Source: Patescibacteria group bacterium UBA6816 (GTDB lineage: Bacteria; Patescibacteriota; Patescibacteriia; UBA2591; UBA6264). From it: a stretch of 59,692 nucleotides of DNA. Every line of letters starts with the position of its first letter. The stretch's first letter is position 1. Positions 34,999 through 44,178 of this stretch are shown here, piece by piece. A model generated the notes under the pieces. The model was not told the DNA's origin and did no database searches. It saw only the letters and a program-made list of their open reading frames with translations. Position numbers and translations under genes: made by a program. The DNA is taken from positions 1-59,692 of the forward strand of contig DKES01000021.1 in NCBI GenBank assembly GCA_002452615.1, in the 5' to 3' direction.

Positions 34999-37347
34999 TT
35001 AAAAATCTCTTAATTGAGCTTTAAATTTTTCTTTCATTAATTTAATAATTTTCTCTTCTATTTTTTCAATTACCGCTGATTTTAAAGTTCCCTGGTCTGA
35101 CTGATAAATTACGTGAAAACCTAAATTATATTTACCTCCTAATTCCTGGTCTTGAAAAAGGTCAAAAGGAATTAAATCAACAATATAATTATCCAACTTT
35201 TTTAAAGATTGGTAAATATCTCGCCAACAAACATTATCATTAATTAAAAAAGCCAAATCTCTTTTTACTGGCGGATAATTAATAATTTTTTTATATTTTT
35301 TTTCTTGTTTAGGTAATTTTAACAAAGATTCAAAATCCAATTCAAAATAAGCCTGAGTTTGGTTTTCTCCCCAAAAACCAATCACTTTTTCTTGGTATTT
35401 AATTTCTTCTTTTAAAGAAATTTTTAAAGGATAAACAATTTTATCCTGGTCAATATTTATTTGTTGAAAAATTAAATCAATCGTATTTTTAATTAAAAAA
35501 CACTTTCTCTCACAAATATTTGCATAAATATCTGAAGAATTTTTTTTCTCTTTAACTGATTCTTTAAATATTAATCCCCCTATTTTCTTTTTTTCCTGGG
35601 GACAAAAAACACGACCTATTTCAAAAATCATAAATTCAGAAAAATAACGTGAATTTTTAAGTGCTTTATCAATTAAATCAGGGACTAAACTTAAACGAAG
35701 ATATTTTTCTTCACTACTTAAAGGATTGGTTATTTCTCTGGGTTTTAAATTTTCTTTAAAATATTTAATTTTCTTTTCAGAACTAAAAGCATAACTGTAA
35801 ACCTCGTCAAAACCAATGCTGGTTAAAAGATTTTTCAATTTATTTTCCAAAATATATTCCGGGGTTTGTTTTAAAGGACACATTGCCGACAAAATGGGTT
35901 GAGAATTAATTTTTTCTGAACCATAAATTCTTACTATTTCTTCTACTAAATCTTCAAAAATAGTTAAATCAGTCCGGTGGTCCGGGGGAATAATAATTAA
36001 ATCTTTTTTTTGTGGCTTAATTTTACTCCCTAAATTTTTAAGAATTTGTTTCATTTTTAAAGGAGAAATATCTACCCCTATAAATTGTTGAGCCTTTTCT
36101 GGATTAAAAATAATTTCTCTTTTTTGGTTTAAAGCTTTTTTAGCTTCTGGAGATTGCTGGTCATAAATTTTACTAACCACTTTACCTTGAGCTAATTCTT
36201 TAACTAATTCAATGGCTCGGACTAAACCCTGAGAAGCAAAAGACAAGGGTAGACCTTTTTCAAAACGAATAACCGCTTCGGTCCTTAATCCTAATTCCCA
36301 CCCGCTCCGTCGAACTTGAGTCGGATTAAAATTAGCTGATTCAATAATAATTTTTTTTGTTTCTTTAGTAATCGCCGATTCTTTTCCTCCAATAATTCCA
36401 GCCAAAGCAATGGGTTTTTCTTGGTCCGCCACCACTAAATTATTAGAGTTTAATTGATATAACTGGTCGTCCAGAGCTAATAATTTTTCTCCTTTTTGAG
36501 CTAAACGAACATTAATTTCTTCTCCTTTAATTTTTTCCGCATCAAAAGCGTGTAAAGGTTGTCCTATCTCCCACAAAACATAATTGGTAATATCAACTAA
36601 ATTATTAATTGGTTTAACTCCCAAATTACGTAAACGATTTTTTAGCCACAAAGGAGAGGGTTTAATTTTTATCCCCTCCATCACTACGCCTAAATAACGG
36701 GGGCATAAATTTTTTTCTTCTATCTTTATTTTAATCAAATCTTTTTTAGAAACTAAAGGAAAAGAAAAATCTTTTATTTTTGTTTTTAAATTTAAAACCG
36801 CTCCTATTTCTCGCGCTAAACCAAAATGATTAAATAAGTCTGGTCGATGAGTTAAAGCTTTGTTTTCTATTTCTAAAATAACATCATCTCGATTAAGAGC
36901 TTTAATTAATTTAGTGCCTGGTTTTAAATCTGAAGATAAAATCATAATCCCTTCATGTCCAACTCCTAATCCTAATTCATCTTCAGCACAAAGCATTCCC
37001 TTAGATTCCACTCCCCTAATTACAGCTTTATCTATTTTTAATCCATTAAACAAACAAGCTCCCTCTAAAGCTAAAGGAACTTTTTGTCCTTTTATTAAAT
37101 TAGGCGCTCCACAAACAATTTTTCTTTTTCCTTGGCCGGTTTCTACTAAAACTATTTTTAATTTATCTGCTCGCGGATGAGGCTTAATTTCTAAAATTTC
37201 CGCCACCACAACTTTTTCTAAACCTTGACTTAAATCAAAAATATTTTCTGTTTCCGCTATTTTTGTACTTAAAACTTCTCCTAATTCTTGAGGAGTCTTT
37301 TTAAAACTAGGGATAAGTTCTTTTATCCACTGATAAGATATTTTCAT
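34999..37347 (-). CDS. pheT: phenylalanine--tRNA ligase beta subunit
   Basis: 782 aa. MKISYQWIKE start typical of PheT, then an N-terminal tRNA-binding OB region. Downstream of pheS. Confidence 0.95.
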   Translation of the reverse strand: MKISYQWIKELIPSFKKTPQELGEVLSTKIAETENIFDLSQGLEKVVVAEILEIKPHPRADKLKIVLVETGQGKRKIVCGAPNLIKGQKVPLALEGACLFNGLKIDKAVIRGVESKGMLCAEDELGLGVGHEGIMILSSDLKPGTKLIKALNRDDVILEIENKALTHRPDLFNHFGLAREIGAVLNLKTKIKDFSFPLVSKKDLIKIKIEEKNLCPRYLGVVMEGIKIKPSPLWLKNRLRNLGVKPINNLVDITNYVLWEIGQPLHAFDAEKIKGEEINVRLAQKGEKLLALDDQLYQLNSNNLVVADQEKPIALAGIIGGKESAITKETKKIIIESANFNPTQVRRSGWELGLRTEAVIRFEKGLPLSFASQGLVRAIELVKELAQGKVVSKIYDQQSPEAKKALNQKREIIFNPEKAQQFIGVDISPLKMKQILKNLGSKIKPQKKDLIIIPPDHRTDLTIFEDLVEEIVRIYGSEKINSQPILSAMCPLKQTPEYILENKLKNLLTSIGFDEVYSYAFSSEKKIKYFKENLKPREITNPLSSEEKYLRLSLVPDLIDKALKNSRYFSEFMIFEIGRVFCPQEKKKIGGLIFKESVKEKKNSSDIYANICERKCFLIKNTIDLIFQQINIDQDKIVYPLKISLKEEIKYQEKVIGFWGENQTQAYFELDFESLLKLPKQEKKYKKIINYPPVKRDLAFLINDNVCWRDIYQSLKKLDNYIVDLIPFDLFQDQELGGKYNLGFHVIYQSDQGTLKSAVIEKIEEKIIKLMKEKFKAQLRDF

Positions 37348-37412
37348 GCCAAATTCATTAAAAATTATGAATTATGAAATAATGAAATGATTTTTACTAT
37401 AAATTTGAGCAT

Positions 37413-37430
37413 CCCTCACCCACTTTCTTT
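37413..37430. repeat. left arm of an inverted repeat in the pheS-pheT spacer
   Basis: ccctcacccactttcttt is complementary at 16 of 18 positions to 37597..37615. Confidence 0.7.
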
Positions 37431-37596
37431 CAGAAAAAACTGATTTAAGTTATGAGTGTATGGATAAACAGAATTAACTTTAATATATTTTACTTTTTAA
37501 ACCTTTTATTTTTTTTCTGATAAGGTTTGATAACTGAAAAAATGAATAAAAGGAATTTAGATTTATTATAACTTATTTACCTTAAACTTAAAAATT

Positions 37597-37615
37597 AAAG
37601 AAAGTTGGTGCGGGG
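37597..37615. repeat. right arm of an inverted repeat in the pheS-pheT spacer
   Basis: aaagaaagttggtgcgggg. See 37413..37430. Confidence 0.7.
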
Positions 37616-37683
37616 TAAAGGTTTTTTAACAATAATTCCTGCTCCTTCGCCAAGCTCAGGATTGAAATTATTGGAAAAACTCT

Positions 37684-38706
37684 TTAAAACTGCCGAATAA
37701 ATCTTAAATCACCAGAATGAAACCAGCGAATATCATCAATTTGATAACGCATTAAAGTTAACCGGTCTAACCCTAAACCAAAGGCAAATCCCGTATATTT
37801 ACCGGCCGGATAACCAACTGACTTAAAAACTTGAGGATGAATCATCCCGGCCCCTAAAATTTCCACCCAACCAGTTTGATTACAAACCGGACATCCTTTC
37901 CCTTGACAATTAAGGCAAGCAAAATCAACTTCAAAACTTGGTTCAGTAAAAGGAAAATAACTGGGCCGTAACCTTATTTTAATTTTTGTTCCAAACAAGG
38001 ATTGTAAAAAAACTTTTAAAGTATCAATTAAATTAGCAACGTTAATATTCTTATCCACGACAAAACCCTCCATTTGGTGAAGGGTATGCTCATGTGAAGC
38101 ATCAGTGGCCTCGTGACGAAAACACCGGCCAAAAACACAAACCTTTAAAGGAGGGGTTTGTTTTTCCATTACTCGCACCTGCATCGGTGAAGTGTGAGTT
38201 TTTAAAAGTTCTCTTTTTTTAGATTTTAAATAAAAAGTATCCCACATATCTCGAGCCGGATGACCAGGCGGGATGTTTAAAGCTTCAAAATTATAATAAT
38301 CTGTTTCTATTTCCGGTCCTTCTAAAATTTGATAACCCATGGAATAAAAAATATCACTCAATTCATTTTTAACTTGAGTTAAAGGGTGAAGATGACCATA
38401 ATTAATTTGTTTTCCCGGTAAAGTAAAGTCAATGAAAGTTTCTTGATTTTTTTCTTGAGCCAAACTACATTCCTGTAATTTCTGATTGATTAAATTTTCA
38501 ATTTCATTTTTAGCTTGATTGGCCAAGGCCCCTGCTTTTGGCTTTTCTGTTGGCGATAAATCTTTTAACCCTCTTAATAATTGAGTTAATTTACCCTTTT
38601 TTCTACCTAAATATTCTTGCCTAATTTCTTTTAATTGATCAGGGTTAGTTGTTTGCTCGATTTGCTCTTGAGCCTTAACTCTTAATTCTTTTATTTTTTT
38701 TAACAT
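37684..38706 (-). CDS. pheS: phenylalanine--tRNA ligase alpha subunit
   Basis: Class II motifs including GFAFGLGLDRL. 340 aa. Confidence 0.96.
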   Translation of the reverse strand: MLKKIKELRVKAQEQIEQTTNPDQLKEIRQEYLGRKKGKLTQLLRGLKDLSPTEKPKAGALANQAKNEIENLINQKLQECSLAQEKNQETFIDFTLPGKQINYGHLHPLTQVKNELSDIFYSMGYQILEGPEIETDYYNFEALNIPPGHPARDMWDTFYLKSKKRELLKTHTSPMQVRVMEKQTPPLKVCVFGRCFRHEATDASHEHTLHQMEGFVVDKNINVANLIDTLKVFLQSLFGTKIKIRLRPSYFPFTEPSFEVDFACLNCQGKGCPVCNQTGWVEILGAGMIHPQVFKSVGYPAGKYTGFAFGLGLDRLTLMRYQIDDIRWFHSGDLRFIRQF

Positions 38707-38740
38707 GAATAATAGTTAAAAAATTTTTGATTAAAATTTA

Positions 38741-39184
38741 TTATTCTATTTTATATTGCTTGCGAGAAGAAAGAAAAAATAATTCTAAAAATATTAAAAA
38801 AATCAAAAAAAGCAAACTATTCCACCAGCGCAACAATCCTATTCCCTGTAAAATCATTAATCCAATTAAAAAAAGACTGAGCCAGGTTCCCTGACGAAAA
38901 GAAACTTCTACCTGTTTAAAAACTGGCCCCTTTTTTCTTCGCGCCCAAATAATAAAACCCAGTAAAGAAAAAACACCAAGAGTAGCCAAAAATAAACTAA
39001 AATAAAATAAAATAAAACCAATTAAACCGGTTTCTTTGGGATTAACAAAAAATAAAACCAGGGCCCAAATCAGCCAACAAATCAAAGTTAAAACAAGCAT
39101 TAAATTAAGATATTTCTTTAAGGTCATATTTTCAAATAATAAATTAATATAATCTGTAATTATGAAGAGATCACCAATCCCCAA
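38741..39184 (-). CDS. hypothetical membrane protein (147 aa)
   Basis: Four hydrophobic helices. Confidence 0.65.
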   Translation of the reverse strand: MGIGDLFIITDYINLLFENMTLKKYLNLMLVLTLICWLIWALVLFFVNPKETGLIGFILFYFSLFLATLGVFSLLGFIIWARRKKGPVFKQVEVSFRQGTWLSLFLIGLMILQGIGLLRWWNSLLFLIFLIFLELFFLSSRKQYKIE

Positions 39185-39228
39185 ATACTCAATCCTTATT
39201 CTAATGCCTGCCCCGTAGTGAACGCGAA

Positions 39229-39384
39229 GTGGGAACTACGAGGCGAGACCTCGTAGGTGGAAACTTGTTTGTGGGAACTACGAGGCGAGACCTCGTAGGT
39301 GAAATCTTGTTTGTGGGAACTACGAGGCGAGACCTCGTAGGTGAAATCTTGTTTGTGGGAACTACGAGGCGAGACCTCGTAGGT
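39229..39384 (+). repeat. tandem array A: 42-nt unit, 3 full copies plus 1 truncated (degenerate copy at 39432..39469)
   Basis: The unit is gtgggaactacgaggcgagacctcgtaggtgaaatcttgttt. Each unit carries the hairpin CTACGAGG-cgaga-CCTCGTAG. Copies start at 39229, 39271, 39313 and 39355. Confidence 0.95.
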
Positions 39385-39479
39385 AATGTTTTAATGTTCT
39401 TTGGACAAGGTCGAACCTTGTCTATTTTTAAGTGGGAGGTATCTACGAGGCGAGACCTCGTAGGTGGAATGTTCTAATG

Positions 39480-39524
39480 TTTTTCCCAATCCCCAAGTAC
39501 CCAGGTTCCCAATCCATGTTCTTA
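39480..39524. repeat. 45-nt dispersed element, copy 2
   Basis: tttttcccaatccccaagtacccaggttcccaatccatgttctta. See 11196..11240. Confidence 0.85.
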
Positions 39525-39547
39525 TGTTTTTACGTTCTTATGTTTTT

Positions 39548-39735
39548 ATGCCTGCCCTGTAGTGAACGCGAAGCGTTCTACTACTGGGGTTTTTATGCCT
39601 GCCCTGTAGTGAACGCGAAGTGTTCTACTACTGGGGTTTTTATGCCTGCCCTGTAGTGAACGCGAAGCGTTCTACTACTGGGGTTTTTATGCCTGCCCTG
39701 TAGTGAACGCAAAGCGTTCTACTACCGGGGTTCTA
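39548..39735 (+). repeat. tandem array B: 47-nt unit, 4 copies
   Basis: The unit is atgcctgccctgtagtgaacgcgaagcgttctactactggggttttt. Copies start at 39548, 39595, 39642 and 39689. Each has an imperfect long hairpin with a GCGAAGC core. A half unit at 39204..39229 is fused to array A. Confidence 0.95.
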
Positions 39736-39780
39736 GTGTTTCTATATTATATCAATTTCCCTTATTCCTGACAAGAAAAA

Positions 39781-42735
39781 TTATTCTTGGCGATAAGGGC
39801 AAATGGGAAAATAATCACAATGTTGACACATATAACCAGGTTGAGGAGGAAATTCCTTTTTCTCTATTTTGGCAATAGTTTCAACAATATCTTTTTTTAA
39901 ATCTTTCAAATCTTTTGACTCCCCTAAAAAAGAAACTTGCTCCCCTGACTCTAAATAATAAAAAGTTAAATTATTAACTGGTTTAGTAAAAACTTGAGGT
40001 AAACTTTCCATGGCCATTTGATAAAGCAATAATTGTTGCTTATTATCTTTACTTAATTTCTTTTTTTGCCCAGTTTTATAATCAATAAGATGATAACCCC
40101 CTTCTTGTTCATCAACCCGATCAATAACCCCTTTAATAGTATCCTGGCCTATTTTAAAATTAAACTCTTTTTCCAAGTATTTTATTTTTGGAGGATTTTT
40201 TATAAAATCTTGATAAAAAATTTTTAAGGCTTTTTTACCTTTTTCCCAGTATTCTTTTTTTTGTTCCTTATTTTTATACCAATCATCAATCCAAGCCTGT
40301 TCATAAATTTTTATTAAATCATCAAAATTTAATCCTTTGACCTCTTTTGGTTTGCCAAACAAATCCTTTTGTTTTGCTTGTTGGTTTTTTTGCCAATCCA
40401 AACAAAATTGATAAAGAGTCTGATGCATAGTTTTACCAAAACTAAAAACTGCTTTCCCTCGCCGAGGAACTTTTAAAACAAAAGCAAATTTGTATTGCAA
40501 AGGACAAACATTAAAAGCAGTAAACTGAGAAAAACTAAATTTAGAAGGTAAAACAAAATTAAAATCCCCCTTTTCTTCAGATATTTCTTTATTTTTTTCT
40601 AAAATACTACTGGCCATTAATGTCTTTTTCTTTTTATCTTCATCTATTAAACCTAATTCATACAAAAATCTAGACAATTTTTTAGAGGTTTTTCCACCAT
40701 AATCTTCAGCAGAAGTTAAATAAAGCCCTTGTTTAGCCCGGGTTAAAGCCACGTAAAATAATCTTCTTTCTTCTTGTAGATGAATGTCTCCTTGGGGAAT
40801 AATTTCTTTAATTAATTTTTCTGGAATTTCAATAGGGTCACGCCGCTCAATAGTGGGAAAACGCCGGTCCACTAAATTAACGACAAAAACGTATTTGAAT
40901 TCTAAACCTTTGGCGCTATGAATTGTACTCACTTTAACTGCTTCTGGACCTTCTTCTATTTCTGCTTTCATAGAACCAGTGTCGCCAGTAGAAATCATTA
41001 AATCAATCATTTTTATAAAATTAGGTAAAGAAGCATCAAAATTAACTGACTCGAAACTTTCTACCTTTTTAAAAAACTGATTCAACCAAAAAATATTTTC
41101 ATTTTGTTGGCGCTCTTGTTTTTCCTGATTAGTTAAAATTTGTAAATAACCGCTATCTTCTAAAAAAGCGTAAATAACCCGGCTAACACTTTTTGTTTTG
41201 GCTAAAATTGTATGTTTATCTACTTGCGCTAAAAATTCTTCCAAAGCTTGGATTGTTTTAGAAGACAATTGAGGAATAGTTGTGGCTTGCTTAACAGCCT
41301 CATAAAGGGACAAACTTTTTTTATTGGCATAACTGGTTAACCGCACTAAATCCTCATTACTAATTTTATCCTTAAAAACAGGCGAAGATAAAACGCGATA
41401 AACAGCTGAACCTTCATGATAATTATCTAGTAATTTTAAATAAGATAAAATATCCAAAATAAGGGGTTTGGAAAATAAACCGCGTCGAGCCAAAAATTGG
41501 TGCGGTATTCCAGCAAAATTTAAAGCCTGAACAAAAATTTCCGCCTGACTATTAGCCCGAGCTAAAATAGCAAAATCATTCCAAGTTGATTCTTGGTCCT
41601 GTTTTTTTAACTCCATTATCTTTTTTATCACTCCCCTAGCCTCATCTTCTTGAGTTTTAAAATGTAAATGAGCGGTTTCTGGCTGACCCTTTTTCATGGC
41701 GATTAATTTTTTAACCACTTCTTTTTCCTGGGCCTCTAAACGAGCCGGGTTGTTTTGTTGAATAAAATTATATGACAAATCTAAAATCTGCTGTTGAGAA
41801 CGGTAATTATTTATTAAAACTATTTGTTTGGATTTAGAATAATCTTTTTTAAACTGCAAGACGTTATTATAAGAAGCTCCCCGAAATAAATAAATTGCCT
41901 GGTCATCATCAAAAACGACCGTGATATTATTCTTAGGTTGGGCCAACATCCGCAGTAATTGATACTGGGCCCAATTAGTGTCTTGGAATTCATCCACTAA
42001 AATATATTTGAATTGTTCTTGATATTTTTCTAAAATTTGAGGTCTTTTTTCAAAAAGTTTTAAAGTATAATTAATTAAATCCCCAAAATCCAAAGCATTA
42101 TTATCTAAAAGTAATTGTTGATAAGTGCAATAAGCATTAGCCACTTCTTTAATTCGGGCTGTTTCTTGGTCTAAAGATTCTCCAGACATGGTGGTATCCT
42201 TGTCTTGTTTTAAATTTTCCGCATATTCCAAATATTCTTCCGGGGTAATTAATTCATCTTTGGCCCGGGAAAAATGTTTAACCAAACTCCGCACAAACTT
42301 AGTTGGATTGCCCAAGGGTTTATAATAATCTAAATCAAATTTATCTAAGTTTTCCTGAACTAAAAAACTTTGTTGGGTTTCATCTAATAATTTAAAATTA
42401 ATCGGTAAACCAATGTCCAAGGCATGTTGTTGTAAAATTCTTTCGCAAAAAGAATGAAAAGTAGAAATCCACAAATCCACATAACCATAAGGTAAAAGGC
42501 GGTCCACTCTTTCTTCCATTTCCTGGGCCGCTTTTTCTGTAAAAGTTAAAGCTAAAACTTGATTAGTTTTAACTAAACCCTTTAAAATTAACCAAGCTAA
42601 GCGCTTGGTAATAACCGTAGTTTTTCCTGTTCCTGCCCCGGCAATAATTAAAAGAGGACCTTCTTTATAAGTCACTGCTTTTAATTGCTCTTGATTTAGT
42701 CCTTGAATAATATTATCTTTAGAATTTTCTCCCAT
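39781..42735 (-). CDS. UvrD/PcrA-type helicase fused to a PD-(D/E)XK (Cas4/AddB-like, Fe-S) nuclease
   Basis: Walker A GAGTGKTT and DEFQDT. The C-terminal nuclease region has IDYKTG and Cys ligands NVCP plus CQHCDYFPIC (CxxCx5C). Confidence 0.9.
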   Translation of the reverse strand: MGENSKDNIIQGLNQEQLKAVTYKEGPLLIIAGAGTGKTTVITKRLAWLILKGLVKTNQVLALTFTEKAAQEMEERVDRLLPYGYVDLWISTFHSFCERILQQHALDIGLPINFKLLDETQQSFLVQENLDKFDLDYYKPLGNPTKFVRSLVKHFSRAKDELITPEEYLEYAENLKQDKDTTMSGESLDQETARIKEVANAYCTYQQLLLDNNALDFGDLINYTLKLFEKRPQILEKYQEQFKYILVDEFQDTNWAQYQLLRMLAQPKNNITVVFDDDQAIYLFRGASYNNVLQFKKDYSKSKQIVLINNYRSQQQILDLSYNFIQQNNPARLEAQEKEVVKKLIAMKKGQPETAHLHFKTQEDEARGVIKKIMELKKQDQESTWNDFAILARANSQAEIFVQALNFAGIPHQFLARRGLFSKPLILDILSYLKLLDNYHEGSAVYRVLSSPVFKDKISNEDLVRLTSYANKKSLSLYEAVKQATTIPQLSSKTIQALEEFLAQVDKHTILAKTKSVSRVIYAFLEDSGYLQILTNQEKQERQQNENIFWLNQFFKKVESFESVNFDASLPNFIKMIDLMISTGDTGSMKAEIEEGPEAVKVSTIHSAKGLEFKYVFVVNLVDRRFPTIERRDPIEIPEKLIKEIIPQGDIHLQEERRLFYVALTRAKQGLYLTSAEDYGGKTSKKLSRFLYELGLIDEDKKKKTLMASSILEKNKEISEEKGDFNFVLPSKFSFSQFTAFNVCPLQYKFAFVLKVPRRGKAVFSFGKTMHQTLYQFCLDWQKNQQAKQKDLFGKPKEVKGLNFDDLIKIYEQAWIDDWYKNKEQKKEYWEKGKKALKIFYQDFIKNPPKIKYLEKEFNFKIGQDTIKGVIDRVDEQEGGYHLIDYKTGQKKKLSKDNKQQLLLYQMAMESLPQVFTKPVNNLTFYYLESGEQVSFLGESKDLKDLKKDIVETIAKIEKKEFPPQPGYMCQHCDYFPICPYRQE

Positions 42736-42745
42736 AAAACACTAT

Positions 42746-43543
42746 TTAATTAAGTTTTTCAGTTATATTAAATAATTTTTGGGCGTTTTTAGTAGTTTGT
42801 TTAATTACCTCTTCTTGAGAAATTTCTTTTAATTCAGCAATTTTTTGAGCCAGCAAACGAATATAAATCGGTTCATTTCTCCCCCCGCGATAAGGTTCAG
42901 GAGCTAGAAAAGGACAATCTGTTTCTAAAAGAATTTTATTTAAAGGGGCCTGGATAACTACTTTTAAAAGCCTTGGGGTCGCATTTTTAAAAGTGATTGG
43001 CCCGGTAAAACCCATGTAAAAACCTAAATCTAAAAATTGTTGGGCAATTTCCCAATCAGCTGAAAAACAATGAATCACTCCTTTTGATTTAACCTGTTTC
43101 TTTAAAATTTTTAATAAATCCAAATAAGCATCATGGGGCTCTGTTTTACTTCCTCGACAATGCAAAACCACGGGTAAATTAAACTCTTGAGCTAATTTTA
43201 AATGTTTTAAAAAAACTTTTTTTTGTTCTTCAGGCTCATATTTTTCTTGATAATAATCCAAGCCTGTTTCTCCAATTGCTTTCACCTGGTCTTTGTTTTT
43301 TTTAATTAGCTCCTGAAATTCTTCTAAAATAAAATCCTCGTCTTCTACATGAATAGGATGTAATCCTATGGCAGCATAACAATGAGAAAACTCTTGAGCT
43401 ATTTGACAAGCTTTTTTACTCGTTTCTAAATTAGAACCAATATTAATCACTGCTTTTAATCCTTGTTTAAAATTATCTTGGATTACTTTTTGATAATCTT
43501 GGCTAAAAGCTTTAAAATTTAAATGGGCGTGAGTATCAATCAT
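42746..43543 (-). CDS. tatD: TatD-family metal-dependent hydrolase
   Basis: MIDTHAHL start, GETGLDY, and a TDCP-like LETDCPFL motif. Confidence 0.92.
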   Translation of the reverse strand: MIDTHAHLNFKAFSQDYQKVIQDNFKQGLKAVINIGSNLETSKKACQIAQEFSHCYAAIGLHPIHVEDEDFILEEFQELIKKNKDQVKAIGETGLDYYQEKYEPEEQKKVFLKHLKLAQEFNLPVVLHCRGSKTEPHDAYLDLLKILKKQVKSKGVIHCFSADWEIAQQFLDLGFYMGFTGPITFKNATPRLLKVVIQAPLNKILLETDCPFLAPEPYRGGRNEPIYIRLLAQKIAELKEISQEEVIKQTTKNAQKLFNITEKLN

Positions 43544-43557
43544 AATTTTTATTCTTT

Positions 43558-44010
43558 TTATTTTTTCTTTAAATGTTGAGGTTTAAAAGAAAGGGGTAAA
43601 AGTTCTGAAATTTTTGCTAGAATAATTTTATCTTTATTGGGATTAGACATAATGATTTCTAAATCCTCTTGAGCCATTTGGGCAAATTCTGCTAACATTT
43701 GTCGGCAAATCCCACAAGGAGTAATTACTTCTTCTGAAAAATCCCCTTGAGCGATAAGAGCCAGAGCTTTAAAATGTTGTTCTCCTTGTGAATTAGCCCG
43801 AGCCAAAGCAGCTCTTTCAGCACAAATAGTAGCACCAAAACTAACATTTTCCATATTGGCACCGGCGATAATTTTTCCAGCCGGGGTTAATAAGGCTGCT
43901 CCGACTTTAAAATTAGAATAAGGACTATAAGAAAATTCTCGACTAGCGGCCGCTTGATTTAAAAGATTTTGATATTCTTTTTTTAAATCTTCAAATTTTA
44001 ATTCTTGCAT
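43558..44010 (-). CDS. cdd: cytidine deaminase
   Basis: Zinc ligand motifs CAERAAL and PCGICRQ. 150 aa. Confidence 0.92.
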   Translation of the reverse strand: MQELKFEDLKKEYQNLLNQAAASREFSYSPYSNFKVGAALLTPAGKIIAGANMENVSFGATICAERAALARANSQGEQHFKALALIAQGDFSEEVITPCGICRQMLAEFAQMAQEDLEIIMSNPNKDKIILAKISELLPLSFKPQHLKKK

Positions 44011-44120
44011 ATAAAAATTTTAAATTATTAAACTCTTATTTATTATAACATATTACTGAATTTTTAAAATCTGTAATTAAAATTCTCTAGTTTTTATTAA
44101 AAATTATTTATTTTAATAAA

Positions 44121-44149
44121 AGAGGGTCTGTTAAAAGACCCTCTTTTTT
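44121..44149. terminator. bidirectional hairpin terminator
   Basis: agagggtct-gttaaa-agaccctct is flanked by A-runs and T-runs on both sides. Confidence 0.7.
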
Positions 44150-44178
44150 GAAAAATTAATTTAACCTATCATTTCAAA

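Noticed and set aside
36860-37180. Other antisense or alternative-frame track ORFs: 737..949, 3865..4056, 10617..10814, 15823..16032, 16874..17107, 20685..20870, 23820..24005, 28656..28868, 29409..29594, 31936..32190, 34459..34695, 36860..37180, 52378..52653 and 54496..54717.
   Set aside because: Each is fully or mostly embedded in a longer ORF with clear homology motifs or membrane-protein character. They have low-complexity, F/L/K-rich translations typical of AT-rich non-coding frames.
39229-39469. CRISPR array, considering palindromic repeats at a regular 42-nt spacing.
   Set aside because: The sequence between the hairpins is itself identical from unit to unit, so there are no unique spacers. 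There are no cas genes in the window. This is a plain tandem repeat.
39229-39656. Track ORFs 39229..39477 (82 aa, GTTRRDLVG repeats) and 39432..39656 (74 aa) as protein genes.
   Set aside because: They are translations of the tandem hairpin arrays. They start at GTG or an internal ATG without an RBS, lie opposite to all neighbouring genes, and the same DNA units occur as non-coding solo copies elsewhere (27461..27505). The 42-nt period being a multiple of 3 is noted, but it is not sufficient.
39781-44010. Helicase-nuclease plus TatD plus cytidine deaminase as a novel defence operon.
   Set aside because: All three look like ordinary housekeeping versions: full catalytic motifs, normal sizes and native AT-rich composition. 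Such genes are commonly co-oriented in compact genomes. Nothing defence-specific is seen.
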